Positions 28,568 through 38,276 of a stretch of DNA of 64,000 bases are shown in pieces. Position 1 is the first letter of the stretch, and each line of letters opens with the position of its first letter. The notes under the pieces were generated by a model. The model was not told the origin of the DNA and made no database searches. It worked only from the letters and a program-made list of their open reading frames with translations. This stretch comes from Flavobacteriales bacterium (GTDB lineage: Bacteria; Bacteroidota; Bacteroidia; Flavobacteriales_F; PHOS-HE28): positions 417 through 64,416 of the forward strand of contig JACJZH010000007.1 of the NCBI GenBank assembly GCA_020635695.1. The letters are read 5' to 3'. The translations under genes and the position numbers were made by a program.

Positions 28568-29585
28568 GGTGGAGGTGGTCAAAGGTAGCTGCACGGTCCG
28601 GAGCTTCTCAAAGGCCGTGCCGTTCCTGGCCGCGCTGCTCTTCGCGCGCTGTGGAGGAGGTCCCGGCAGCATCGATCCCGAAGGCGTGGAGGTGGACCTG
28701 CCCATCGGCCGGTTGGACCGCTCCATCTTCGAGACGTTCGGTCCCGGAGGCAGCGGCGACGACCGTGCCCTGCGTGCGGAGTACGGCACCTTCTACACCC
28801 TGTACGTGGAGGACATCCTGCAGGCGGCCCCGGTCGACGATCCGCGTCTGCCATTGGCGCTCGGTGGCTTCGCGGGCAACCCGGACTGGCGCAGCACGCA
28901 GGAGGCCGCCGAGGCCGCCCTGGGTGATCTGTCCGGACAACGGAAGGACTTCGAGGAGGCATTCGCCCGGCTGAAGGCCGTGTTCCCGGACCGCATCACG
29001 CCCAGCCTGGTGGCCTACAACTCAGGCTACAACTATGGCATCTATCCGACGGACAGCGTGCTCGGCTTCGGGGTGGAATGGTTCATCGGAGCGGACCATC
29101 CGGTGATCGGCATGCTGGCGCCTGAGCGTTTTCCGCGCTACCTGAAGGACCGCATGCGTCCGGAGCTGCTGGTGCCCAGCGTGGTGAAGGGCTGGCTGAT
29201 GGTGCACTACATGCCGGAGACCACCGGCGACGATCTGCTGACCCACCTGGTGCAGACCGGCAAGGCCATGGCCCTGCTGGACGTGCTGCTGCCCGATACG
29301 CCCAGCGACCTGAAGTTCGCGTTCACCCAGGAGCAGCTCAGCTGGTGCGAGGCCAACGAGTTCCGCATGTGGCGGGAACTGGTGGACAACGAACTGCTCT
29401 TCAGCGACTCCTTCGAGGACATCGGCCGCATCATGAACGATGGTCCCTTCACGCCCGGCTTCCCTCGGGAAAGCCCCGGCCACGTGGGCGAATGGATCGG
29501 CTGGCGCATGGTGCGCGCCTACCTGGATGAGCATCCGGACACCTCCTGGCCCGACCTGCTCGCGGTGGATCCCAGTCCGTGTTGA
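28566..29585 (+). CDS. gldB: Gliding motility lipoprotein GldB
   Basis: Lipobox LLFARCGG, YNSGYNYGIYPTD, and a colinear match to the GldB family pattern (..GEWIGWRMVRAYL). It is followed by gldC, as in Flavobacterium johnsoniae. Confidence 0.8.
   Translation: MVEVVKGSCTVRSFSKAVPFLAALLFARCGGGPGSIDPEGVEVDLPIGRLDRSIFETFGPGGSGDDRALRAEYGTFYTLYVEDILQAAPVDDPRLPLALGGFAGNPDWRSTQEAAEAALGDLSGQRKDFEEAFARLKAVFPDRITPSLVAYNSGYNYGIYPTDSVLGFGVEWFIGADHPVIGMLAPERFPRYLKDRMRPELLVPSVVKGWLMVHYMPETTGDDLLTHLVQTGKAMALLDVLLPDTPSDLKFAFTQEQLSWCEANEFRMWRELVDNELLFSDSFEDIGRIMNDGPFTPGFPRESPGHVGEWIGWRMVRAYLDEHPDTSWPDLLAVDPSPC
28580..28587 (-). promoter_or_regulatory. -7 box TACCTTTG (minus strand) for the beta-barrel gene
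   Basis: The forward sequence CAAAGGTA lies 12 nt upstream of the ATG at 28567 and inside the first codons of gldB. Confidence 0.45.
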
Positions 29586-29610
29586 AGAGCTACAAACCCC
29601 GTTGAACCTC

Positions 29611-29949
29611 ATGTCCGAGCGCACATCGCAGATCCGTTTCAACGTCCGGCTGGACGAGAACCACGTTCCCGAGCGGATCGACTGGGAGGCCGATGACGGC
29701 GGTTCCGGCAGCTGCTCGGCCTCGCTGCTGCTGAGCCTGTGGGACGCGCAGGAGCGCAACACCATGCGCATCGATCTCTGGACGAAGGAGCTGCCGGTGG
29801 AGGAGATGAAGGCCTTCTTCCACCAGAACATCCTGACCATGGCGGACACCTTCGAGCGCGCCACCGGCGAGCGGGAGATGGCCGCGCACATGCGGGCCTT
29901 CGGGCACTACTTCGGCGAGGAGATGCTCGGCATCAAGCCCGAGGAATGA
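29611..29949 (+). CDS. gldC: Gliding motility protein GldC
   Basis: IRFNVRLDENHVPERIDWEA..SLWD..MRIDLWTKELPVEEMKAFF is the GldC family signature. Confidence 0.8.
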   Translation: MSERTSQIRFNVRLDENHVPERIDWEADDGGSGSCSASLLLSLWDAQERNTMRIDLWTKELPVEEMKAFFHQNILTMADTFERATGEREMAAHMRAFGHYFGEEMLGIKPEE

Positions 29950-29952
29950 CGA

Positions 29953-30588
29953 TCAGGCGTTGGCGGGCGGGGGCATGAAGTCCGCGTTCACCGAGTCGAT
30001 GAACTCCAGGAGCTCCTCGCGCCCCTTGCCCGTTTCCGAGCTGGTGATGAAGAGCTGCGGGGGCTCCGTCCAGGTCTGCTTCAACAGCCTTCGGTAGGCC
30101 GCCACGTGGCTCACCGCCTTCGGTTGGGACAGCTTGTCGCTCTTGGTGAAGACGATGACGAAGGGCACGCCGTTCTCTCCGAGCCAATGCATCATGTCCA
30201 GGTCGTTGCGCTGCGGTTCCAACCGGACGTCCACGAGCAGGAACACGCACTGCAGGTTGGTGCGTCCCAGCAGATAGGCGTCGATCATCTTCCGCCAGGC
30301 CTCGCGTTCGCTCTTCGGCACCTTCGCGAAGCCATATCCGGGCAGGTCGGCGAGCAGCCAGGGCCGATCCTCGGTGCGGTCGGGGCGGACCAGGAAGTGC
30401 TCCACGTTGCGGGTGCGGCCGGGGGTGTTGCTCACGCGTGCCAGCTTGCGCTGCCCCACCAGGCGGTTGATCAGCGAGCTCTTGCCCACGTTGCTGCGTC
30501 CGATGAAGGCGTACTCCGGACGGTCGGGGGCGGGCCAGTGCTTGGCGCTCCGCCCGCTGCCCAGGTGCTCAGCCCGCAGCGTGCGCAT
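29953..30588 (-). CDS. engB: Ribosome-biogenesis GTPase YihA/EngB
   Basis: G1 FIGRSNVGKSSLIN, G3 DLPGYGFA, and G4 TKSDK motifs. Confidence 0.9.
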   Translation of the reverse strand: MRTLRAEHLGSGRSAKHWPAPDRPEYAFIGRSNVGKSSLINRLVGQRKLARVSNTPGRTRNVEHFLVRPDRTEDRPWLLADLPGYGFAKVPKSEREAWRKMIDAYLLGRTNLQCVFLLVDVRLEPQRNDLDMMHWLGENGVPFVIVFTKSDKLSQPKAVSHVAAYRRLLKQTWTEPPQLFITSSETGKGREELLEFIDSVNADFMPPPANA

Positions 30589-31364
30589 GTCCGGCGGAGG
30601 AGGGGCCCAGCGTGCGTTCGAGCCAGGTCCCGAGCAACGCGTTGAACTGCTCGGGCTGCTCCATCATCGGGGCATGCGCACAGGCGTCGATCCAATGCAG
30701 TTCGCTGTGGGGGAGCAGTGCATGGAACTCCTCGGCCACCTCGGGTGGTGTGATGGTGTCCTGCCGGCCCCAGATCAGGCACACCGGCATGGTCATCTTC
30801 GGAAGCTCCTTGGCCATGTTGTGGCGGATCGCGCTCTTGGCCAGCGAAAGGATGCGGATCAACCGGCCCTTGTCGTTCACCGTCTCGTAGCATTCCTCCA
30901 CCAGTTCATCGGTGGCGAACTTCGGGTCGTGGAAGGTGAGGGCCACCTTCCTCCGGATGAACTCCTTGTCCTCGCGACGGGGAAAGCTCCCTCCGAAGGC
31001 GTTCTCGTAGAGTCCGCTGCTGGCGGTGAGCACCATGGCCTTCACCCGTTCGGGGTGGCGGCTGGCGTAGACCAGGGCCACATGCCCGACCCAGCGAATT
31101 GCCCAGCAGGGTCACCTGGTCCCAACCCTTGTACAGGATGAAGCGGTGCAGGTGTTCGGCCAGCGCTCCCACGTTGGTGTTCAGCATGGGCATGGTGTAC
31201 AAGGGCAGCATGGGGATCACCACCCGGTACCGCTTCGAGAAGTGCGCGAAGGTCTCCTCGAAGTTGCTCAAGGCGCCGAACAGGCCGTGCAGGAACACGA
31301 CCACCGGGCCTTCCCCGGCCTCCACATAACGGAACTCTCCCTCCTCGCGCAGTCCTTCCTGCAT
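30569..31364 (-). CDS. Alpha/beta hydrolase (frameshift near 31088-31092)
   Basis: VVFLHGLFG..LLGNSLG continues in another frame as GHVALVYASRHPERV (GxSxG nucleophile elbow split by a 1-nt insertion). ORFs 30906..31394 and 30569..31081. Confidence 0.8.
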
Positions 31365-31381
31365 GGCTTGGCAGCTTCCTT

Positions 31382-31389
31382 CAAAGGTA
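31382..31389 (-). promoter_or_regulatory. -7 box TACCTTTG (minus strand)
   Basis: The forward sequence CAAAGGTA lies 17 nt upstream of the ATG at 31364. Confidence 0.45.
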
Positions 31390-31520
31390 GTCAAGCCCGC
31401 CCACCCGGCGATCGGTGCTCCACGATCGGTGGTGGATGAAGAGGTCCACGGGCAGGTCGTGGCAGCCCCTGGTCGGACCAGCTTCGGACCGGACCGCAGG
31501 ACCCACGACGGTGTTCATGA

Positions 31521-31540
31521 CTCCCACTTCCTCCCACTCT
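31521..31540 (-). promoter_or_regulatory. Two inverted GTGGGAG boxes (10-nt phasing)
   Basis: CTCCCACTTC CTCCCACTCT on the + strand equals two GTGGGAG boxes on the minus strand, about 100 bp upstream of the triple repeat. Confidence 0.4.
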
Positions 31541-31630
31541 GGCATTCGGCTTGGACTAGCTGAAAATGCTGGGCATTGGTAACAATTGCGCATCTTCGGC
31601 GTTCCAAAGTTATCAACAAGGAGTAAAAAA

Positions 31631-31657
31631 GTGGGAGTAAGTGGCTGAAAGTGGGAG
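31631..31657 (+). promoter_or_regulatory. Candidate MraZ operator: three direct GTGG(G/C)(A/T)G repeats at 10-nt spacing
   Basis: GTGGGAGTAA GTGGCTGAAA GTGGGAG, starting at 31631, 31641 and 31651. It sits immediately upstream of the -7 box at 31666 and 42 nt before the mraZ ATG. Confidence 0.55.
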
Positions 31658-31665
31658 GTTTCCTC

Positions 31666-31673
31666 TACTTTCG
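31666..31673 (+). promoter_or_regulatory. -7 box variant TACTTTCG for the dcw operon
   Basis: TAnnTTCG lies 26 nt before the mraZ ATG. Confidence 0.4.
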
Positions 31674-31698
31674 CCTCTGTCTCGCGCACGCATGTCCG

Positions 31699-32163
31699 AT
31701 GCTGAACCTGTTGGGGGAATACGATCTGCGGCTGGATGCCAAGGGAAGGCTGGTCCTTCCCAGTGGGCTGAAGAAGCAGCTCGGTGGCGCCCTGGCGGAC
31801 GGCTTCGTGATGAACCGCGACGTGTTCAAGCCCTGCCTGGTGCTCTATCCGCAGCAGGAGTGGGAACGCACGCAGTCCATGATGCGCCGCCTGAACCGGT
31901 TCGTGGAGCGGAACATGGAGTTCATCCGCCGCTTCATGAACGGAGCCACCCAGGTGGAGCTGGACGGCAGCGGACGGCTGCTGCTGCCCAAGCCCCTGGC
32001 CACCCATGCCGGCATCGGCAAGGAGGTGAAGCTGGTGGGCATGATGGACCGCATCGAGGTGTGGAGCAAGGAGCGGCATGCGGACATGATGCGCGAGGAC
32101 GTGGACCTCACCGCCCTGGCCGAGGAGGTCATGGGCAGCCTGGGCAATGCTGATGGCGAGTGA
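31699..32163 (+). CDS. mraZ: Transcriptional regulator MraZ
   Basis: Two SpoVT/AbrB-like repeats with DxxGR motifs ([10 protein letters not shown]; [10 protein letters not shown]). First gene of the dcw cluster. Confidence 0.9.
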   Translation: MLNLLGEYDLRLDAKGRLVLPSGLKKQLGGALADGFVMNRDVFKPCLVLYPQQEWERTQSMMRRLNRFVERNMEFIRRFMNGATQVELDGSGRLLLPKPLATHAGIGKEVKLVGMMDRIEVWSKERHADMMREDVDLTALAEEVMGSLGNADGE

Positions 32164-33059
32164 GTACCACGCTCCCGTTCTTTTACATGACTGCATCGAA
32201 GGCCTGAACATCCGCCCCGACGGCGTCTACGTCGACGTCACCTTCGGAGGCGGAGGCCACAGCAGGGCCATCCTGGAGAAGCTCGGTCCGCAGGGACGCC
32301 TCGTGGCGTTCGACCGCGACGCCGATGCCGCCGCCAACGTGCCCGACGACCCGCGCTTCACGCTGGTGCGCTCGGACTTCCGGTGGATCCGCAATCCACC
32401 TGCGCTACCTGGACGCGCTCCCGGTGAACGGCCTGCTCGCCGACCTCGGGGTCAGCAGCCACCAGTTCGACGCCGGGCCACGCGGCTTCAGCTTCCGCTT
32501 CGACGGACCGCTGGACATGCGCATGGACCGGCGGGCACCGCGCACCGCGGCCGACCTGGTGAACACGCTGGCGGAACCAGAGCTCGCCGCCCTGCTGAAG
32601 CGCTACGGTGAGCTACGTGACGCCCGCCGGGTGGCCCGCTCACTGGTCCAGGCACGTGCCGTGCATCGCATGGCCACCACCACGCAGCTGGTGGAAGCGC
32701 TGAAGCCGGTGACCCCGAAGCGCGACGCGAGCGGCTTCCTGGCGCAGGTGTTCCAGGCCCTGCGGATCGCCGTGAACGACGAGCTGGGCTCGTTGGAGCG
32801 GCTGCTGGAGGAGAGCGCACGGATCATCACCCCCGGCGGAAGGTTGGTGGTGATGAGCTACCACTCCCTGGAGGACCGCCTGGTGAAGCATTGGATGCGC
32901 ACCGGCGACCTGGAGGGGCGGGAGCACAAGGACCTCTACGGCAACCGCATCAGGCCCTTCGAACCGGTCAACAGCCGGGCCATCGTGCCCGCAGCAGAGG
33001 AAGTGGAACAGAACCCCCGGGCACGCAGCGCCCGGTTACGCATAGGAGAACGAACGTGA
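32147..33059 (+). CDS. rsmH: 16S rRNA (cytosine1402-N4)-methyltransferase (frameshift near 32388-32392)
   Basis: [21 protein letters not shown] in ORF 32147..32611 continues as [34 protein letters not shown] in ORF 32325..33059. Confidence 0.9.
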
Positions 33060-33453
33060 GCAACAGGATCAGGAAGCAACAGGAGGAAGCCCCGGCGAAG
33101 GCCGGAAGGGTGGGGGGCGGCTGCCCCGCGCGTTGATCGCGATCCTCAACGGCTCCTTCCTGACCCGTGAACGCGTGCTGGCCAACATGGGCTTCCTGCT
33201 CTTCGTGGCCGGCCTCATGCTGGTGCACATCGCCTACGGCTACTACACCGAACGCACCGTGCGCGACCTGCAGCGCACCGGCACCGAGCTCCGCGAACTG
33301 CGGTCCGAGTACATCACGGTGCGGTCGCACCTGGAACGCACCGAGCAGCAGAGCCAGGTGGCTGAGGACATCGGAGGACTGGGCCTGCGGGAGAGCCGCG
33401 TGCCTCCCTACAAGATCAAGGTGGACCCGGACGAACTGGAACACCGGCCATGA
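33056..33453 (+). CDS. ftsL: FtsL-like division protein (probable GTG start; frameshift in the G6 run at 33112-33117)
   Basis: ORF 33133..33453 encodes (L)IAILNGSFLTRE, a TM helix and a coiled coil. The basic N-terminal tail [18 protein letters not shown] is in another frame, starting at a GTG that overlaps the rsmH stop (GTGA). Confidence 0.6.
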
Positions 33454-35569
33454 GCGGCGACGAACAACGCACCATCCGCCTGCGCGTGGCCCTCGTCTAC
33501 GCGGCCTTCGTGCTGTTCGCGCTCGCCGTCGTGGTGAAGCTGCTCACCATCCAGTTGGTGGAAGGCGAGCAGTGGATGGCCCGTGCCGAGCACGTGGCCA
33601 CCGCCTACCGCACCGTGGCCCCCGACCGTGGCCACATCTACAGCGAGGACGGCCGCCTGCTGGCCACCAGCGTGCCCGAGTACGAGGTGCGCATGGACAC
33701 CCGCGCCGATGGCCTCACCAAGGCCGTGCTCGATGAGCACCTCGATTCCCTCTGCTGGCACCTGGCCCGCCTCTTCCCCGAGCGCACGGCCAATACGTGG
33801 AAGCGCGAACTGCTCGACGCCCGAGCCCGGGGTGAACGCTACCACCTGCTGAAGCGCAAGGTGGACCACGACACCATGCGTGCCCTCAAGGACCTTCCGC
33901 TGTTCCGGATGGGTCGCTATACCAGCGGGCTCATCATCGAGAAGCGTACGGTACGCGTTCGTCCCTTCGGACGTCTGGCCGCACGCAGCGTGGGTTACGT
34001 GCTGCGCGACAGCAGCGCGATCGGTCTGGAAGGGGGCTTCAACGAGGAACTGCGCGGGGTCACCGGCCGCCGTTTGGAACGCCGCCTGACCGGGGGGTGT
34101 GGATGCCCATCGAGGATGGCAACGGCACCGATCCCGTGCCGGGCAGCGACATCCACACGACCATCGACATCAACCTGCAGGACGTGGCGGACGCGGCCCT
34201 CGCGGCACAGCTGCGCAAGCATGGTGCGCATCACGGTACGGTGGTGGTCATGGAAGTGGCCACCGGTTACATCAAGGCCATCAGCAACCTGACGCGTACG
34301 GCGGACAGCACCTACGTGGAGGACCTGAACTATGCGGTGGGCACGATCAGCGAGCCCGGGTCCACGTTCAAGGTGGCCGCGCTCATGGTGGGCATGGAGG
34401 ACGGCCTGATCGACATCCACGACAGCGTGGACACCGAGGGTGGTCGCAAGCGCTACTACGACCGGATCATGCGTGACTCGCATGACGGTGGCTACGGACG
34501 CATCACCGTACAGCGGGCCCTGGAGGTGAGCAGCAACACCGGCATCTCGGCGGTGGTGCACCGGGCCTACGACAAGGACCCACAGCGTTTCGTCGATGGC
34601 CTGCGAAAGCTGGGGCTTGACCGCCCGCTGGGCGTGCGGATCCCCGGCGAAGGCATTCCCATCCTGCGCAGCCCCGGTGATGATGGATGGAGCGGCGTGA
34701 GCCTGCCCTGGATGAGCATCGGTTACGAGGTGGCCCTGACACCCCTTCAGACACTGGCCTTCTACAACGCGATCGCCAACGACGGCCGATTGATGCAGCC
34801 CCAGTTCGTGAGCCACCTGAGCCGCGATGGCCGGCTGGTGAAGCGGTGTGAACCGGTGGTGCTGAAGGAGCGCATCTGTTCGGCACCCGTGTTGAAGGAC
34901 GTGCGCGACATGCTGCGCGGCGTGGTCGATTCCGGTACGGCGATCAACCTGCGCGCGGCGCATTTCACCATCGCGGGCAAGACCGGCACCGCCCAGATCG
35001 CGCGGAACAAGGCCGGCTACAAGAGCGAGGGGGTGAGCTACCAGGCCAGCTTCGTGGGCTACTTCCCCGCCGAGGCGCCGAAGTACAGCTGCATCGTGGT
35101 GGTGAACGGACCCACCACCTCGGGCTACTACGGCAACGTGGTGGCCGGTCCCATCTTCCGGGAGATCGCGGACAAGGTCCATGCCAACCGGTTGGAGCTC
35201 CAGCCTGACCTCGCATCACGTCACGAAGGTCCCGCGCGAACCCCCGTCTCCTTCAGTGGGAACGCCCACGACCTCTCCGTCGCCTTCGCCGGACTGCACG
35301 TGCCGGTGGACCTTGAAGGGGATGCCGAATGGGTGACCACCAGTGCCGCCGACACGGCGGTGGTGATGACGCCTCGTCGCATTCCGGGTGACGGCGAAGG
35401 GCGCATGCCCAACGTACTGGGCATGGGCCTGAGGGATGCGCTCTACATCCTCGAGAACCAGGGGCTCCACGTGCAGGTGAACGGTCACGGCATGGTGAAG
35501 CACCAGTCCCTTCAGCCTGGCGAGCCGATCCGCCGGGGCACCTCGGTCACCATTCAACTGACCACATGA
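33450..35569 (+). CDS. ftsI: Penicillin-binding protein 3 / FtsI transpeptidase (frameshift in the G run at 34090-34095)
   Basis: TM anchor plus dimerisation domain (33450..34292) continues as VWMPIEDG..SEPGSTFK (SxxK)..SSN..KTGT, with a C-terminal PASTA-like domain (34097..35569). Confidence 0.9.
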
Positions 35570-37029
35570 AGCTGCTGCGCGACATCCTATACAAGGCACG
35601 CATCGAGCAGGTGGTCGGGGCGACCAACACCGCCATCGAGCACATCGCGTTCGATAGCCGCGAGGTGGTGCCCTTCACCGCCTTCGTGGCCGTGCCCGGC
35701 ACGCGCGTGGACGGGCACGATTTCATTGCGAAGGCGGTGGAGAGCGGCGCGATCGCAGTGATCTGCGAGCGGCTGCCGGAGGAGCGGAAGGATGGGGTGA
35801 CCTATGTACGGGTGGCCGATAGTGCCGAGGCGCTCGCCATCATGGCGGCCAACTTCCACGATCACCCGGCCCGGAAACTGAAGCTCGTGGGTGTCACTGG
35901 CACCAATGGCAAGACCAGTGTGGCCACGCTGCTGCACCGGTTGTACCGCACCCTGGGCAGAAGGCCGGTCTGATCAGCACCGTGGAGGTACGCATCGGGA
36001 AACCGCGTGGTGCCCGCCACGCACACCACGCCGGACGCGTTGAGCCTGAACGCCCTGCTGGCGGAGATGGTCGCCGAGCGCTGCTCCCATTGCTTCATGG
36101 AGGTCAGCAGTCATGCGGTGGTGCAGGAGCGCATCACCGGATTGGACTTCGCGGTGGCGGTGTTCACCAACATCACGCACGACCACCTCGATTACCACGG
36201 CACGTTCGACAACTACATCAAGGCGAAGAAGCGCTTCTTCGACCAGCTGCCGGAAGGGGCCGTGGCGTTGGTGAACGCGGACGACGACCACAGCGCGGTG
36301 ATGGTGCAGAACACCCGGGCCGGGAAGCGCTCGTTCGGGGTGCGCAGCATGGCCGACCACCACGCACGTGTGGTGGAGAACCAGCTGACCGGTCTTCACC
36401 TGAACATCGACGGGCACGACGTGTACACGCGCCTGGTCGGGGCCTTCAACGCGAGCAACCTGCTGGCGGTGTATGCCGTGGCCGTGGTGCTGGGCGAGGC
36501 GCCGCTCACGGTGCTCACCGCGCTCAGCGACCTGGAGCCGCCCCGTGGTCGCTTCCAGGTGGTGCGAGGACCCGACGGCGTGCTCGGCATCGTGGACTAC
36601 GCACACACGCCCGATGCGCTGAAGAACGTGTTGAGCACGCTCTCCGACGTGGCCGTGGGCGAGCAACGGGTGATCACCGTGGTGGGCTGCGGAGGCGATC
36701 GGGACCGGGCCAAACGCCCCGTGATGGCCCGCATCGCGGTCGAGCTCAGCGACAAGGTGGTGCTCACCAGCGACAATCCGCGCAGCGAGGATCCCGCGGC
36801 CATCATCGAGGAGATGCGCGAAGGGATCCAGCCTGCGGATGCGGGACGCGTGTTCGCGAACACCGACCGGAAGGAGGCCATCCGCATGGCCTGCGGCATG
36901 GCCGCTCCCGGCGATGTGGTGCTGGTGGCCGGCAAGGGCCACGAGACCTACCAGGAGATCCGTGGGGAGCGGCACCCCTTCGACGATGCCGCCGTGCTGA
37001 AGGAGACCCTTGAACTCACCCGACGCTGA
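35566..37029 (+). CDS. murE: UDP-N-acetylmuramoyl-L-alanyl-D-glutamate--2,6-diaminopimelate ligase (two compensating frameshifts near 35957 and 36000)
   Basis: [11 protein letters not shown]-loop, then TLG | (K)[13 protein letters not shown] in a second frame, then | [21 protein letters not shown] back in the original frame. Confidence 0.9.
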
Positions 37030-38276
37030 TGTTGTACCACCTGTTCAAGGCCATCGGATACAGCCTTCCCGGCACGGGGGTGTTCAGCTACATCACCTTC
37101 CGCGCGGGCATGGCGGTGTTCGTGTCATTGCTCATCTCGTTGTGGTTCGGCAAGGGCATCATCCGGCTCCTGCAACGCCGGCAGGTGGGCGAGACCGTGC
37201 GCGACCTCGGGCTGGAGGGCCAGCTGAGCAAGCAGGGCACGCCGACCATGGGCGGGCTCATCATCCTCGCCGCCATCCTGATCCCCACGCTGCTGTTCGC
37301 GCGGCTCGACAACATCTACATCATCCTGCTGCTCGTGGCCACCGTGTGGCTGGGCACCATCGGGTTCATCGATGACTACATCAAGGTCTTCAAGAAGGAC
37401 AAGCGCGGGCTCGCCGGCAAGTTCAAGGTGATCGGCCAGGTGGGCATCGGGCTCATCGTGGGGCTCACGGTGTACTTCCATCCCGGCATCCGCACCAAGG
37501 TGGAGGTGCCCGAGGTGCTGGCCCAGCAGTTCGACGAGCGCGAGATCACCACGTTCACCGAGGACAACGGACAGGTACACTACCTCCTGGACCGCAAGTC
37601 GCCGAACACCACCATCCCCTTCGTGAAGGGGAACGAGTTCAACTATTCCAGCCTGCTGGGGTGGATCTCGCACGAGGCCAGGGAGTACACCTGGCTGCTC
37701 TACGTGGCCATCGTCATCTTCATCATCACCGCGGTCAGCAACGGGGCCAACATGACCGATGGCCTGGACGGTCTGGCCACGGGCACCTCGGCGATCATGG
37801 TGCTCACGCTGGGCATCCTGGCCTACCTGAGCGGCAACATCATCTTCTCACAGTACCTGGACATCATGTACATCCCCGGCAGCGGGGAGATGGTGGTGTT
37901 CATCGGTGCCATGGCCGGGGCCTGCATCGGCTTCCTCTGGTACAACGCCTATCCCGCGCAGGTCTTCATGGGCGATACCGGAAGCCTGGCACTGGGCGGC
38001 ATCATCGCCACGCTGGCCATCCTGGTGCGCAAGGAGCTGCTGATCCCCGTGCTGTGCGGGGTCTTCCTGGTGGAGAACCTCTCCGTGATGCTGCAGGTGG
38101 GCTGGTTCAAGTACACCAAGCGGAAGTACGGGGAGGGGCGGAGGATCTTCCGGATGTCACCGCTGCACCACCACTACCAGAAGCTGGGCATCCACGAGAG
38201 CAAGATCGTGTCGCGCTTCTGGATCGCGGGCATCATGCTCGCCGTGCTGTCCATCGTCACCCTCAAGCTCCGATGA
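37029..38276 (+). CDS. mraY: Phospho-N-acetylmuramoyl-pentapeptide transferase
   Basis: [29 protein letters not shown] and [11 protein letters not shown] motifs. Intact. Confidence 0.95.
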   Translation: MLYHLFKAIGYSLPGTGVFSYITFRAGMAVFVSLLISLWFGKGIIRLLQRRQVGETVRDLGLEGQLSKQGTPTMGGLIILAAILIPTLLFARLDNIYIILLLVATVWLGTIGFIDDYIKVFKKDKRGLAGKFKVIGQVGIGLIVGLTVYFHPGIRTKVEVPEVLAQQFDEREITTFTEDNGQVHYLLDRKSPNTTIPFVKGNEFNYSSLLGWISHEAREYTWLLYVAIVIFIITAVSNGANMTDGLDGLATGTSAIMVLTLGILAYLSGNIIFSQYLDIMYIPGSGEMVVFIGAMAGACIGFLWYNAYPAQVFMGDTGSLALGGIIATLAILVRKELLIPVLCGVFLVENLSVMLQVGWFKYTKRKYGEGRRIFRMSPLHHHYQKLGIHESKIVSRFWIAGIMLAVLSIVTLKLR

